NCBI RefSeq assembly: GCF_036321535.1
Contig: NC_087448.1
Location: forward strand, 4,216,001-4,280,000
Origin: Camelus dromedarius
Lineage: Eukaryota
DNA length: 64,000 bases
Direction: 5' to 3'
The position numbers and the translations under genes are program-made. The notes beneath the pieces were generated by a model that saw nothing but the letters and a program-made list of their open reading frames with translations, did no database searches and was not told the origin of the DNA. This document shows positions 38,414 to 50,220 of the stretch, piece after piece. Each line of letters starts with the position of its first letter. The first letter of the stretch is position 1.

Positions 38414-39361
38414 TATCTTAGTCAGCTTACACTGCTGTAACAAAATAACATGGTCTTGGGGGCTTAAAACCACAGACACCAATTTCTCACAGTTCTGGAG
38501 GCTGGACGTCCAAGATCAAGGTGCTGGCAGATGTGGTCCTTGGTGAGGAAACCACCACTTCCTGGTTTGTAGATGGCGGTCCTCTCTCTGTGTGCCCACA
38601 TGGTGAAAAGAGAGAGTTCTGTTGAAAAGGTGCTCTCTTTCAACAGATGACTGGATAAAGAAGATGTGGTAGATATATTCAATAGAATATTACTCAGCCA
38701 TAAAAGAGAATGAAATAATGCCATTTGCAGCAACAGGAATGGACCTGGAGATGATCAGACTAAGTGAAGTAAGTCAGACAGAGAAAGACAAATATCAGAT
38801 AGCACTTAAAAGTGGAGTCTAAATATATATTCATACATAGAAATCTTACTTACAAACCAAAAACAGACTCACAGACATAGAAAACAAACGATGGTTACCA
38901 AAAGGGAAAGGGTAGGGAGGGATAAATTAGGGGTTGGGGATTAACAGGAACACATTACTATATATAAAGTAGATAAACAATAAGGACCTACTGTATAGCA
39001 CAGGGAACTATATTCAGTTTCTTGTAATAACATGTCATGGACAAAAATCTGAAAAGAAAATGTCCATATATATGTATATGTATGTATAACTGAATCACTT
39101 TGCTGTACACCTGCAACTAACGCTGTAAATCAACTACACTTCAATTTCAACTACGCTAAAAATTTTCAAAAAAACAGGAAGAGAGAGAGTGAGAGCACTC
39201 TGGTGTCTCTTCCTCTTCTTACAAGGACACTAATCTCATCACTGAGGCTTCATCATCAAGACATCATCTAAACCCAGTTACTTCCCCAAATCCCCACCTC
39301 CAAATGCCATCACACTGATTCAGCATATGAACTTTGAGGAGACACATTCAGTCCATAACCA
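38414..39361 (-). mobile_element. MLT1A-type MaLR LTR split by an L1 insertion (halves ~38414-38616 and ~39176-39361)
   Basis: tcttagtc...ctcacagttctggaggctggacgtccaagatcaaggtgctggcag, continuing after the L1 as caaggacactaatc...atgccatcacactg...gacacattcagtccataac. Confidence 0.85.
38638..39175 (+). mobile_element. 5'-truncated cetartiodactyl-type L1 3' end
   Basis: caacagatgactggataaagaagatgtgg...aatgaaataatgccatttgcagcaac...gacctactgtatagcacagggaactatattc...ctgaatcactttgctgtacacc, then an A-rich tail. Confidence 0.92.
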
Positions 39362-41659
39362 AAATCGTAATCAATTTACTGACCTCTCTTTTAAAGTAGC
39401 TATTAGTAAAAATATGGTTAAGCTGATCCTTGTCCACCAGGACAAGAATTCAAGAGGGCTATTTTAGTAAATGAGCCTCCCAACTCCGTTTCCTGCCAAG
39501 CCCTAAAGACAATGTGTTTAGAGCTTGTGGTCCGTTCAGTGGGAGTTTGTTGGATTTTTTTTCCCTAGGAGAGTTCTTTAAAAGTAGACTTAATTACGTC
39601 TTTGCAGATCATTCCCCCACACAAGAGACAGGATTGTCTAGAAGCTAGAACTCCTTATATTCCACCTCATTTGTAATCACAAACTACAGCCTTGCAAGAG
39701 GAAAATAGTTATATCTCGTCAAGGAAAATAAACTGGCCAGGAATATGCCTCCAATGACTAAGCTGTACTCTCTCAATCGTGGCGATAAAGGAAAGCATTA
39801 TCTTCTATGCTTTCTTACGTAGACCATTGTTTGTAATATTTTTATGTACTAAAACTGAATGTTTGCCAGAAAAATAGTCCAAATGTTATAGCCTTTTCCT
39901 TTCTGATGGCCATTCTCTAACGCTATTTGGCAAAAGTCTAACTCCTCAACTACCTGCAGAAAACTTGCAGGGTGGAATCTTAGCAGAGCAACGATTTAAA
40001 ATCTTGCTGATTAGGGGGAAAGTCCTCTTTGGAGGATGAGGGTGTGCTGTGGCTCCGTGCTGTCCCCCACTGTGTTACTGAGTGACAGATAAGACGGGAC
40101 AGGAAGCAAGAGCTTTTAGAAGGATTTTGCCAGGCCCTCGGAGGGGCTTAAGGCCCCTAAAACTAGCAAGACTCTGTTAAGTTCTATTTGGGGTAATGGG
40201 GTAAACATCCAATTAAAGGATTTCTGGCCAGAAGTAAGGGAGTTAACTCATTTCAGAGCATGTTTCCTAGTTCCAATGTACAACCAACACACTTCCAGTA
40301 CCAAGAAGGTGGTCCCAGGAGAAGGCGGACTGCGTGCTTGTGAAAGCTAAACAAACACCAGCCCCAAAGCCCTGACCATAATGGTTGAATTTAGAGCAGG
40401 AAGATCCTTTCATCTTTTGAGGTGTTTTTTTGTTTTAAGCATTTACCTTTATACAGTACAAAAAACAAAACAAAACAAAACAAAAAAAACACTGTGTTAA
40501 GAAATTGATTCTGCCCAAATAGTACTAATTAGTAAAGATTTTAAAATGGTTTTAAACATTATAAATGAAGATGTAATATTAGATGAATCAGCTATTAACT
40601 GCTGTAAACTCTCCATGATGGGTGAGTTAGCTTAACCGAAAGTAGGGGTTATTTTAATAGATACAACTAATGTGGCAGGTCTTGAAATTACCAGCATAGT
40701 GCCCAAAGTAAACAAATAAAGACACAGCTAAACACCTTCTAGAGGGCATGCCTTGCAAATAAAATCTTATTATGTTAAACGTCAAAATCACAAGTAATAA
40801 ATAGAGCAAAGTAAAATAAATATTGAATAGTTACATTCGTATAAGAACTTAAGGCCCTCACAATCCAGTATTTATGCAAGAGAACGTGATAATAAAGAAA
40901 GTATGTTTCTGTAATTAAATTGTTATCTTTTGAACATGTTATTTAGAAGATTTAAGCAGAAAGTTGTATTTTAAATATACTTTTTAAGTGAGCTATAATT
41001 ACACGGGAGAACAAAGCACTGCAGCCAACTACCATCCTGCCCTAGAAACAAGATGTCTGCCACGTCCCTGCTTAGGACATGGAGTAATTAATGCCTGTGA
41101 CCTCAATTCTGTGAAGTATTATTATTTCTATTTTGCCAATAGGGGAGCGTTTTGTGAGAACTCGTTTATAACACTGCAAGTAGCTATGTATTACTGAAAC
41201 TAAGAAAGAAGTAGCTTGCCTAAGGCCACTCATAATAACAGTTCCAGAAAGAAAAATCCAGGAGTGCTAGGCTATTAATTTTCTATGTTTTTCTGGATAA
41301 TATTTATAATACATTTTATATATAATTTTGTGGTATACTTAAAATTATCTATAGTCAAACCTTTGCAGTCAAATTTGAACTAGTCTCCAACCACAGAAAT
41401 ATGGAAAACGGGTTGATTGGGAAACAAAATCTCATGAGTCAAAAAAAAAAATTATGATACCTGCCATGTTCTTCAAAATCTATAACTTTACATGCCGTCC
41501 TGGTGGGGAAGATACCAACCAGATCACGAATGGTCTTGAAGTAGAGCTATATGAGTCCTGACATTGATAAAGAGCAGGATAACTTTAAATTTATGGAAGA
41601 CACTTATAATGAGGCTTTACAAATTTAAATGGATAAAAATTGACTAGACTCATCACTCA

Positions 41660-42200
41660 CTTCCTTCTAAGTGTGCATTCTGTATCTGAGTTTTGCAACT
41701 ATCTACTCATATTCTCAAGCAATAAACTTAGACCCATCCTTGACTTCACCTCAGTCTTCGTATCTCACCTCGAAAATATTTGTCCAACTCATCCTCTCCT
41801 TTACACTGCCATCCACATTACTCTTGTTCAGGGTCTCATCCTGTTAATCACTGCATTAGCCCCTTCACCTCCAACTTTGCCCTCCTTCATTCCGTCTTCC
41901 TCAAAACCATAGTCCATTAAGTCAGAGTGAGGGGAGCTAGTCGTGGGGTCACAAAGTTGGGCAGTTGCCAGAGGTGGGGGCTGGAAGGTGGGAGAAATGG
42001 CTGAACCTCTTTTGGTTTTTGTCATTTTAGTTTAAATAAAGGAAGGGGAGAAGCACAGTAGCCAATGACCATCCTGTCCTAGAGACAACATGTATCCCCA
42101 TCCAGGATTCGGTGCTGATGAGCAATCTCCCGAAAACTTTAAATGTCTTCCAGTCACCTGGAGGGTAAGCTCCCAGCTCCTTGACATCCTATGTGAACCC
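41660..42200 (+). mobile_element. LINE-2 3' region fragments
   Basis: aaacttagacccatccttgacttcacctc...ccaactcatcctctcc...actcttgttcagggtctcatc. Confidence 0.5.
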
Positions 42201-42204
42201 TTCC

Positions 42205-42600
42205 CTGACCTGTCCCTGGATATCTCGTCCTTGTCCTGTCTGGAGGCTGACTTGTATGACTTATTTCAGTGGCTTCCATGTTTCCAGTTGGGTTCTGCCA
42301 GTGGGGAGTACAGACAGCTTGGAGGGAGGGAAGAGAGTGACCTCAGAGTGCCCCTCCCCCTTGGTTCCTGCCCTGCTTTCTCCCCTGGCCTCCCTCAATG
42401 GAAGACCACACCGCTTATCAGCAGAGCACTCATTCTTCCTTCATGCCTTGTGGCGGGTAGCACTGCCCTCCTTCCCGGGGGTCTGCACCACCTCCATGGC
42501 TTCCCTATACTCTCCCCATGTCTCTGTAAAAAGTGCCTTTACTAAAGTGTCTAACCTGGTACCTTGGTACATTGCCCAAGACTCACCACCCAAGATGGCC
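42205..42600. mobile_element. LTR33-like ERVL LTR fragment
   Basis: tttccagttgggttctgccagtggggag...ggagggagggaagagagtgacctcagagtgcccctccccc resembles the LTR33 core. Confidence 0.5.
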
Positions 42601-42849
42601 ACCTGGTCACTCCCTTTTCTGTTTCTAATGTCAATGAATCCTCTTCCCAAACCCCTGTCTTCACACTGAAGAGTGCTCTTCTTATGTGCTCTAATCCACT
42701 CTCAGAGTTCTCTGTAAATGAATTCTAGAACAACGTTATTTCATGATTTCCAAGCTTGGGACTGTGCATGATTAATGTACACATGTAATATCTCTTCCCT
42801 TTACACTTCCAGAAGGTCTATTACTTGTGAAATCTTGGAATCTATACTC

Positions 42850-43020
42850 AGACTGTTAAAAGTCCTAATTCCAGAACCCCTCCATTCTCACTGGTGTGTC
42901 ATCTTGGGCAATTCAGCTCATGGACTCAGTTTCTTTGATGGAAAAATGAGATAGTAATACTTTTTCTCCTAGAGTTGATATAAGGATTAAATGAGATCAT
43001 GTGTTTTAATTTCTTAGCCC
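42850..43020 (+). mobile_element. MIR SINE
   Basis: tgtgtcatcttgggcaa...ctcagtttc...aaaatgagatagtaatac...aggattaaatgagatcatgtg. Confidence 0.7.
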
Positions 43021-43893
43021 AAGCTCTTTATAATGTTATCCTCTTTTTATAAAATTTTCCCTCCTTGAAGTTTCAGTTCTCAATATCCTTGTTAAATATT
43101 ATTTTCTCTTTCCATAGAGGTAAAACAGGAATTCATATTTCTTCGATCAGTGCCTAACCCTATTCTACCCCACTGTATTCACTGATGCCAGATTATGGAG
43201 ACACGCGTCTGATACACGACCTTTAAAATCTGGGCTACAAAATGTTAGGGAAAAGCCCGCTCTAACACCCCCTGTTAAAATGCCCTCACAGGTAACTTCT
43301 AACCATCGCATTCCCGCTATGTTTTGGACAACCAGTTTGGAGTGTCATCTCTCTGATTCCGCAATAAATCTCCTGTTTACAGGTGAAGAAACTGAGCGTT
43401 AGAGTAAGTCCTTCACCCAGAGTCATAAACCGCTGAGGGGCTGAGCTGAGAGCTGAACTTTTCTAACCCCCAAGACATCATTGCACTAAACGGTTTCCCG
43501 GTCCGAGCATCTGCAACTTGCAAAAACATTTTCAAGCAATCTACAAGGATAATGTAGATTCGAGTTTTGACTACGGCCCAAAAGAAGCATTAAAAAGTTC
43601 ATAATTAGCTCTGCCAAGATATAATCCAAATCGGTAATATAAGAGTTGTATTTAAGGACCGAAAATATTACATTATAAACTATCATATAAATAATTTGAA
43701 GTTCCTTCCGAGCGTTCTGGAGGGAACCCAAGCACTACCACCTGCACATGCGCAGATCTGCCGGCGTGGGGTCCACCCCACCCCTCCCCTCCATCCGCGG
43801 TTACCCCGAGTCTCGGGATGCGCTCCACTCTGGCTGCTGCCTCCAGGAGTACAAATGCAATCAGTATCTCCCTTTGGACTTAAGTTTGTCTAA

Positions 43894-43934
43894 CGTGCGT
43901 GCGTGTGTGTGTGTGTGTGTGTGTGTGAGTGTGT
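43894..43934. repeat. (GT)n microsatellite
   Basis: cgtgcgtgcgtgtgtgtgtgtgtgtgtgtgtgtgagtgtgt. Confidence 0.95.
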
Positions 43935-44208
43935 TGGCCTGAGCAGGGCCTCCCCTTCTGCAGCGCCTCCGAGGACTTGGCCTGGGCCAGCATTTCCCCC
44001 AGGGCGTCCGCGGAGACAATTTAATTTACTAAGACAAAGGCTACCCAAGGAACGCTAACTCCCTTTCTCTGCTCGAGGCAAAAGGGCTTTGTGTCCCTGC
44101 TGCTGGGAGGGGGAAAACACATCCCAGAAAGTCTGCTAGCCCCTCGTGGTACCGGGGGCGGGGCTTTAAGGAGCAAGGAGGGAAACAGCTGGACAGTCCC
44201 TGGTCTCT

Positions 44209-44286
44209 CATACACGCACACGCACACGCGCGCGCGCACACACACACACTCTCTCTCACACACACGCACCCCCCCCCCCCCCCCCC
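44209..44286. repeat. Compound (CA)n/(CG)5/(CT)n microsatellite plus C18 run
   Basis: catacacgcacacgcacacgcgcgcgcgcacacacacacactctctctcacacacacgca followed by 18 C (44269-44286). Confidence 0.95.
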
Positions 44287-46220
44287 GCGACTTGGCTGCC
44301 TCCGCCTTCAAAGCAGCGACAACCGACTCCAGGCCTCCTTCCTGCTGGACGCCCTGCCTTTTGTTTCTTGTTTAAGCCTTCTTTTCACTTTTGTCTCCCT
44401 TACTCTTTTAGTGTCTCCTTTTCATCTCTTCTCGCCTCCCTTTTTTCCTTTGTCCCTCCACGTTTTTCGCTTTGTTTTCAAACATAAATCATGGATTGTT
44501 AAACCACGTTTAAAGCAATGATAAAAGACAAAAACTTTCACTTAAAAGAAATAAGACTTTTATGGTTCCTTCTGAGTTTTAAACCATAGAAATATACCCG
44601 TTTTACAGCGTTAGTGATTACAGGATCTGTAAAATCGCAATACAATCGCCTTCTAGTTTTTTCACTCAGCCCTCTTTAGTGAACGCGTTCCCCTTTCCCG
44701 TAGCCTTACTCTCCTGACATAATAATCAGATAATATTCTGCTGTCAACATGCCTCTTACTTTGTCCTGCCTCCTTTCTTTCTGTGTACACAAGGATCTCT
44801 GCTTTAACCCTCTCTGCTACCGCTGGCACTTCATTTGTCACAGTGACAGGGGGTGGAAAAGTCCAGTGTAACTTTCACATAGTTGTGTTTTGTAGCTGAT
44901 TTTAACCAACCTTGAATTCAAGACTTTTATTCACAAGCTTTTGGGGGCATTTTGACACGTATCAGTGGTACTTGATGGACATAAAGGACACGTCTCCACC
45001 TTTAACACTATTTGAGAGCTCCCAGGTCACTATTTACCATCCACAAAACATCTCTAGGCAGGGGCAGATAAGGGTTACGGGTCTCTATAGCTGGTCTGAT
45101 ACATAAAACTTGGGTTGTGTATGTGTTATGTCAGTTATTTTAAAAGCTTTTGTCATTTCTCAAACTTTCACTCTACTTTCAGAACTCTCCTGACATAATT
45201 CAACTCTAGGTTTTTCTTGGTCTGTGGAATGCTTCTGTTTCTGATTCTCACGTCATTTTCTTAGTTAAGTGCAGCTATATATTTATTTGTACAACTTGCC
45301 TAGAAACAGGCGGCCAACGAAGAATAAACCGAGCCCTGCGATAAACATTATATCTCCCCCTCTCATCGTGGACCGAGATTTCCTGTGCTTCCATGCAACT
45401 CGCCGTGATATCTAATAACACTCTCAAGTTTCAGCTGATACTATGAACAAACTCAAGATACAAGCTGTTCCGTTCTTATGGCCATGAAATATAAACCAAC
45501 AAAATGAGCGGTGATGTCCTAGTTAACCCTGCAATCTCTGATCCATGAAGGCAAGTTTCTAGAAGTGGGGAGAAATGGCAAACTCATGCACCAAGCTTGG
45601 AATTTATTTCTTTGGTTTTTTTTTTTCATTTACTATCCTTCAACTCTGCAATAAACACATTGAATAATTTCCTAATACCCCTCACTCCTAAGTGAAAAAT
45701 AGAATAATATCAGCTATCACAAGTACATGTTACATTGGAAAAATTTCCCATTTCTTCATCTTTTCCCCATTTAACTGCTCTGAAGTGAAAATATCAATGG
45801 GTGAGATCACTTGATTTTTCAAAATAAAATCATCACTTTCATGTAAAAATAAGATGAACACATGTACAGTTTTTATTTAGCTAATTATTAAAAGAGGGGA
45901 TAAGCCATTACAATCAGTTCAGAAGAGAATTTAAAGATTAGACATAGGTGTAGGCAATCAGGAGGGCTGAAATGAATTTAAAAATTGGTGCAAGACTGAC
46001 ACATTCCCAATAGGGAAATAAAATGCAATGTTTGGGATCGTCTTTTCTGTGAGGTAGATGTCAGCTCTGTGTACTGAACCCAATTCACTTGCTTTGCTGT
46101 AGACAAGAACCACTTGCAGTAATACTAGCTTTCCTATCCCTATAGAGTTAAAAAACAGCCTAGTCAACAGAAGGTAATTAAAGGTTAAACATCTATAAAA
46201 TCAGTCCCCAGAGAGCTGGC

Positions 46221-46440
46221 TAGACCTACACTGTTCAGTACCATCGCCACTAGGCACCTGTGGCTATTTAAAATTAAACAAATTGAAATGACATAAAATT
46301 TAAGCATCAGTTCCTCAGTCACAGGAACCACAATTCAAGTGCTCAGTGGCCACAGGTGGCTGGTGGCTACCATACTGCACAGGGCAGATGCAGAACATTT
46401 CCATGGTCATAGAACATTCTACTGAACAGTACTGCACTAC
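46221..46440. mobile_element. MER3-like hAT-Charlie MITE
   Basis: gccactaggcacctgtggctatttaaaatt...cagttcctcagtcacag...tcaagtgctcagtggccacaggtggctggtggctaccatactgcacagggcag. Confidence 0.85.
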
Positions 46441-46559
46441 ACAGTGACCAGAAGTCACCTGAAAACGTGCCCAGTAATCTCTTTTGCCCATTTCCAACTC
46501 TTTGACAACTGTTCCTGACAAAACAAAACAAGCAACAGCAATGATGATACGGAGCAGGG

Positions 46560-46740
46560 GGTAATGACTAGCATTTGTGCGGTACCAACCACATGCCAGG
46601 CATGGTTTAAGACCATCTACACATATTAGCTAATTGAGTTTTCACAATTTACATAATCTAATCCATCCTTACAATAGCTTAACCCCATGTATTAGTTGAG
46701 GAAACAGAGACTCAAAAGGATTAAACAGCTTGAGTTTTCA
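46560..46740 (-). mobile_element. MIR SINE
   Basis: catgccaggcatggtttaag...ccccatgtattagttgaggaaacagagactcaaaagg. Confidence 0.6.
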
Positions 46741-49700
46741 TAACTTACATACGTTACCTAATGAGGCCCCGTACTAACTGAACCACACTTACTAGTTGAT
46801 GAATCAGAGATTCAAAGAAAGGAGAATAATTTGCTTGAAACTATACACCTGTTAAGGGGCTGAGCCAGGATCCCATTTCACGTCTCTGTGACTCTTAGGT
46901 CTTGCTTGTTTTGCTAGACCAGACTGCCCGGTCTACGTGTCTTGAAAGAGAAGTCAGAACAGTAGATACAGGTAAACATAAGGTACAGATAGAGAGTATA
47001 ACTAAGAAAAGAGACACCCAAGAAATCCCACAATCTGACCTCCCCAGGCTGACTCCGGCCACTTTGTCTCAGGAGAGTAACACATGGTGGCCTGGCTGCT
47101 GAAGAGAGAAATGAGAAGTGTTTGTCCCATCCTTCTCCTCACTTAGCCAGTGCCAGGCATGTTGTGTTCAACAGTCGTGGCACCAGCGACATCGCAGCAC
47201 ACCCATCAGTAAGTAACTCTCCCCAGTTGGAGCTTGGATTGCTCCAGGGAGAGTCAGAGAAGCTGCCTGGTCCACAGCTCTTCAGTGATACTCGCTACTA
47301 ACATGGTCTCCTCTAGCCGTTCTTACACCCCTGCCCCCTAACATTAAGCCACTCCCCCAGATTAGCCCACACCAATCTGTAACAGTCACAGATGGCCAGA
47401 CAACCTGCTAGCTACACAACCCTTGTTTCTACTACTAATTCACTTTTGCAGCTATCAGGTAACATGGTACCTTCAAATGATGGATGTGCATCAGATAGAT
47501 GCCCACCTGCCCCACACTTACTGTGAGACTTTGAGGAGATCTTAAAAACTTTTTAGGTAGGCCTCATAATTTTCCACAAAGTACAGTTAATAATCAAATC
47601 TACATCATAGAGCGGACTGAAGAATTACTGAGATAATATGTGTAAAAAGTTTAGCACAATAAAATATCAATTATTAGTGTTATTATTCTGAGTCAAATAA
47701 GTAATGAATATTGCTGCAATGTCATATGTGTACTAAACGTCACTTCTTATTTTTGAGAGGTTTAAGGGATAGAAAGTTAAACGAGGGTTGTGAACATCTA
47801 CCTTAATACAGTTTCTCATATAAATGTGCCACTTCCCATATAAAACTATAAAACTTTCCCAGCCTTGTCACCTCATGCCGTGAGAAAAATAAAACCAGTA
47901 TTTATGAGATTCCAGAAGCAATGTGATTAAATGAGAATTCTAGAGGTGAGTAATTTTCTGGCTTAAAGACACCTGACTTTTTGAGCATTTCAGTTTATCT
48001 TTAAGTTCTTTTCTAATGGGGGACAGTGTGGCTGGGTGCTTTCTCTGCTTTAATCAGAATTTAAAAATGCCTTATTGCTTTTTCCTAGATGTCCTGCTGC
48101 TGACACTGAGATTGAAGTGAAGGGGGGATGAGGGATACAGATAGGGCAGAAGGCAATCAGATCAGTAATTGAGCTTAGAAACTACTGCAGGCATTGAGCA
48201 GAGCAATGGAAGTGGTGGGGGAGGGTCTTGGAAATTTGATAGGAGAGAGAGGCTTGACTCAGGAGGTAAACACAACCACATACGTGCAGTACTGGAACCC
48301 TGTGCGCGCACACTCATGTGGTGGGGCTGAGAATTTCCAGGGTCCTTTCTGAAATGAACCAGTCTCCTGAAGCAGGTCGGCTGAAGCACAGACCCCACCA
48401 ACCCTTGAAACCTGAGCTGGCTCAGTGGCAGAGCCCAAGGGTGAAACCCTAGCACGCTGATCACCGATGCAATCTTACCCTTCGCAAATTCTGTGTTTGC
48501 TAAACACCTAGTGCCTGTGTACACAGCGCAGAAAGGGAATACCTTCTCCTTTTCAACCTTCTGGGGCTAATGTTCTGCATCAGTCAGAGCTACCATCACG
48601 GATCCGACATCCTCCCTTTTAAATCCACAGGAGTTTCCTTTCTCATGATGTGAGCAAATTGAAATCTGTGTGCTAGTGATTTGCAAAACGTACCATGCTA
48701 CAGAGAGCTTTCTGATTAGTCGTGTCCTGTTATGATCATTGGTTTTCCAGGAGTAATTCAGGAAATGTTCTCAGCACAACTTAATTCCCACATGCAGGAG
48801 GAAACACAGGAGGGTTTCACCGACAGATATTTAATACACAGATAGTCAAGGGGAGCTGTTCAAATGCGTTTTCTTTTGAGGACCCAGCGAGTTAATATGT
48901 GAGGGCTGTTGCCAAGTAACGTGGTAGGATTCTTCCTCTCCCCAGAAATGCCTCAGATAATTGTCTTGTGAAGGTGAGGAGGCACTTGAAGCCAGATCTG
49001 CTGGCAGGCCAAGCCCTTCAGGTAGTCTGAGAGGTTTATGATAATGAAGCCCTCCTTTGTCACTTACATTTCTTCACTGGTTATTTATGCAAATGCTCCA
49101 GTTTCTCACTACCTAGAAACAGATTTACGGATGAATGAACCCCTTCCTCCTAATGAAAACATTTCAGCCCTCCTCGCCGGAAAGTCTCCAAAAGGATATC
49201 TGTTTGGATGATTATAAACCACTTTGCTATCCTGCTACAGTGAGCTTGGAAAATAAATAGCTATTATTTGTGACTGCAGCAGAACTGAGCCTTCAGAGTA
49301 TTCACAGTTCCACTCAAACAAACAAGCAAAGTGTAACCTGGCATTTCAAAAATCATTACGGGAACTCAGTGGGTTTAAAAATTAAATGTCCCCAGTGTTT
49401 CTTCCAAATTTATCTCCAAAGTAAGCAGGGACCTCTCAAGTGCACTGCCCCCCCCCCGCCCCCCGAATAAAAAGGAAAAAGAAAAAAGAAGAAGGAAAAA
49501 GACAGAGAAAAGCTCATGCAGCTGTGTTATTCATTTACTTGAAATATTCACAGGAGAAAGCCCTGGAATGATTTCTGCTCAGAGAAAAGGTTTAGCACCT
49601 GGAAGTCCCTCTCATTGTCAAAAGTTCTTGACGCCAGTTTGGTGGGGACAACGCTGGAACCCCATCCAACACAGAGGAAGCACACCAGGGGAGAGCCATC

Positions 49701-50036
49701 CCTAGATGTACTAGAAATCCAGCAAAGACGCAGTAAGCATTATAATGGCTTCCAGCTGACTCTCAACCACGCAAGAAGCACGTGTCCTAGTTTGGTGAAG
49801 TGTCAGAAGCTGATGTAATATCGTTGCAGGGTCAAGTTGTTTTGTTCCATTTCAAATAATCATTTAAATTCATATAAATGATGGGAAAATAATTTTTCTT
49901 CTGCTTTTTCATTTTAATGGGTTGCTTCAGGTAAACTCAGGGAAAGGTAAAATTTCTTCCATTTAACAATTTAAAAAATACCCCCAAGACTTTTGTGGTT
50001 ACCTAAATTCATGATGGCTTTGTACAAACTTTCAAC

Positions 50037-50220
50037 TGTCGACTGAAAAATAAAAAAATGCACAAGGTGGAGAGTTGTGAGCTAAGCTTTATTCGGGACA
50101 AACGAAGACTATAGCCTGGGAGACAGCATCTCAGCGAGCTCTGAGGAACTGCTCTGAAGAGGAAGGTGGGGAGGTCAGTATATATGTGATTTTGGTGAAG
50201 GGGGACACGAGCCATCAAGG
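50037..50220 (-). mobile_element. ERV1-class LTR 3' fragment (laurasiatherian/cetartiodactyl type)
   Basis: The minus strand reads ...gagatgctgtctcccaggctatagtc...ccgAATAAAgcttagctcacaactctc...cagtcgaCA: a poly(A) signal followed by the CA terminus. Confidence 0.65.

Larger units (their letters stand above)
43700..44350. promoter_or_regulatory. Small CpG-island-like promoter or enhancer
   Basis: CpG-rich; NRF1-like TGCACATGCGCA at 43743-43754, perfect GC box GGGGGCGGGGC at 44154-44164 and E-box CAGCTG at 44186-44191. Confidence 0.6.
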
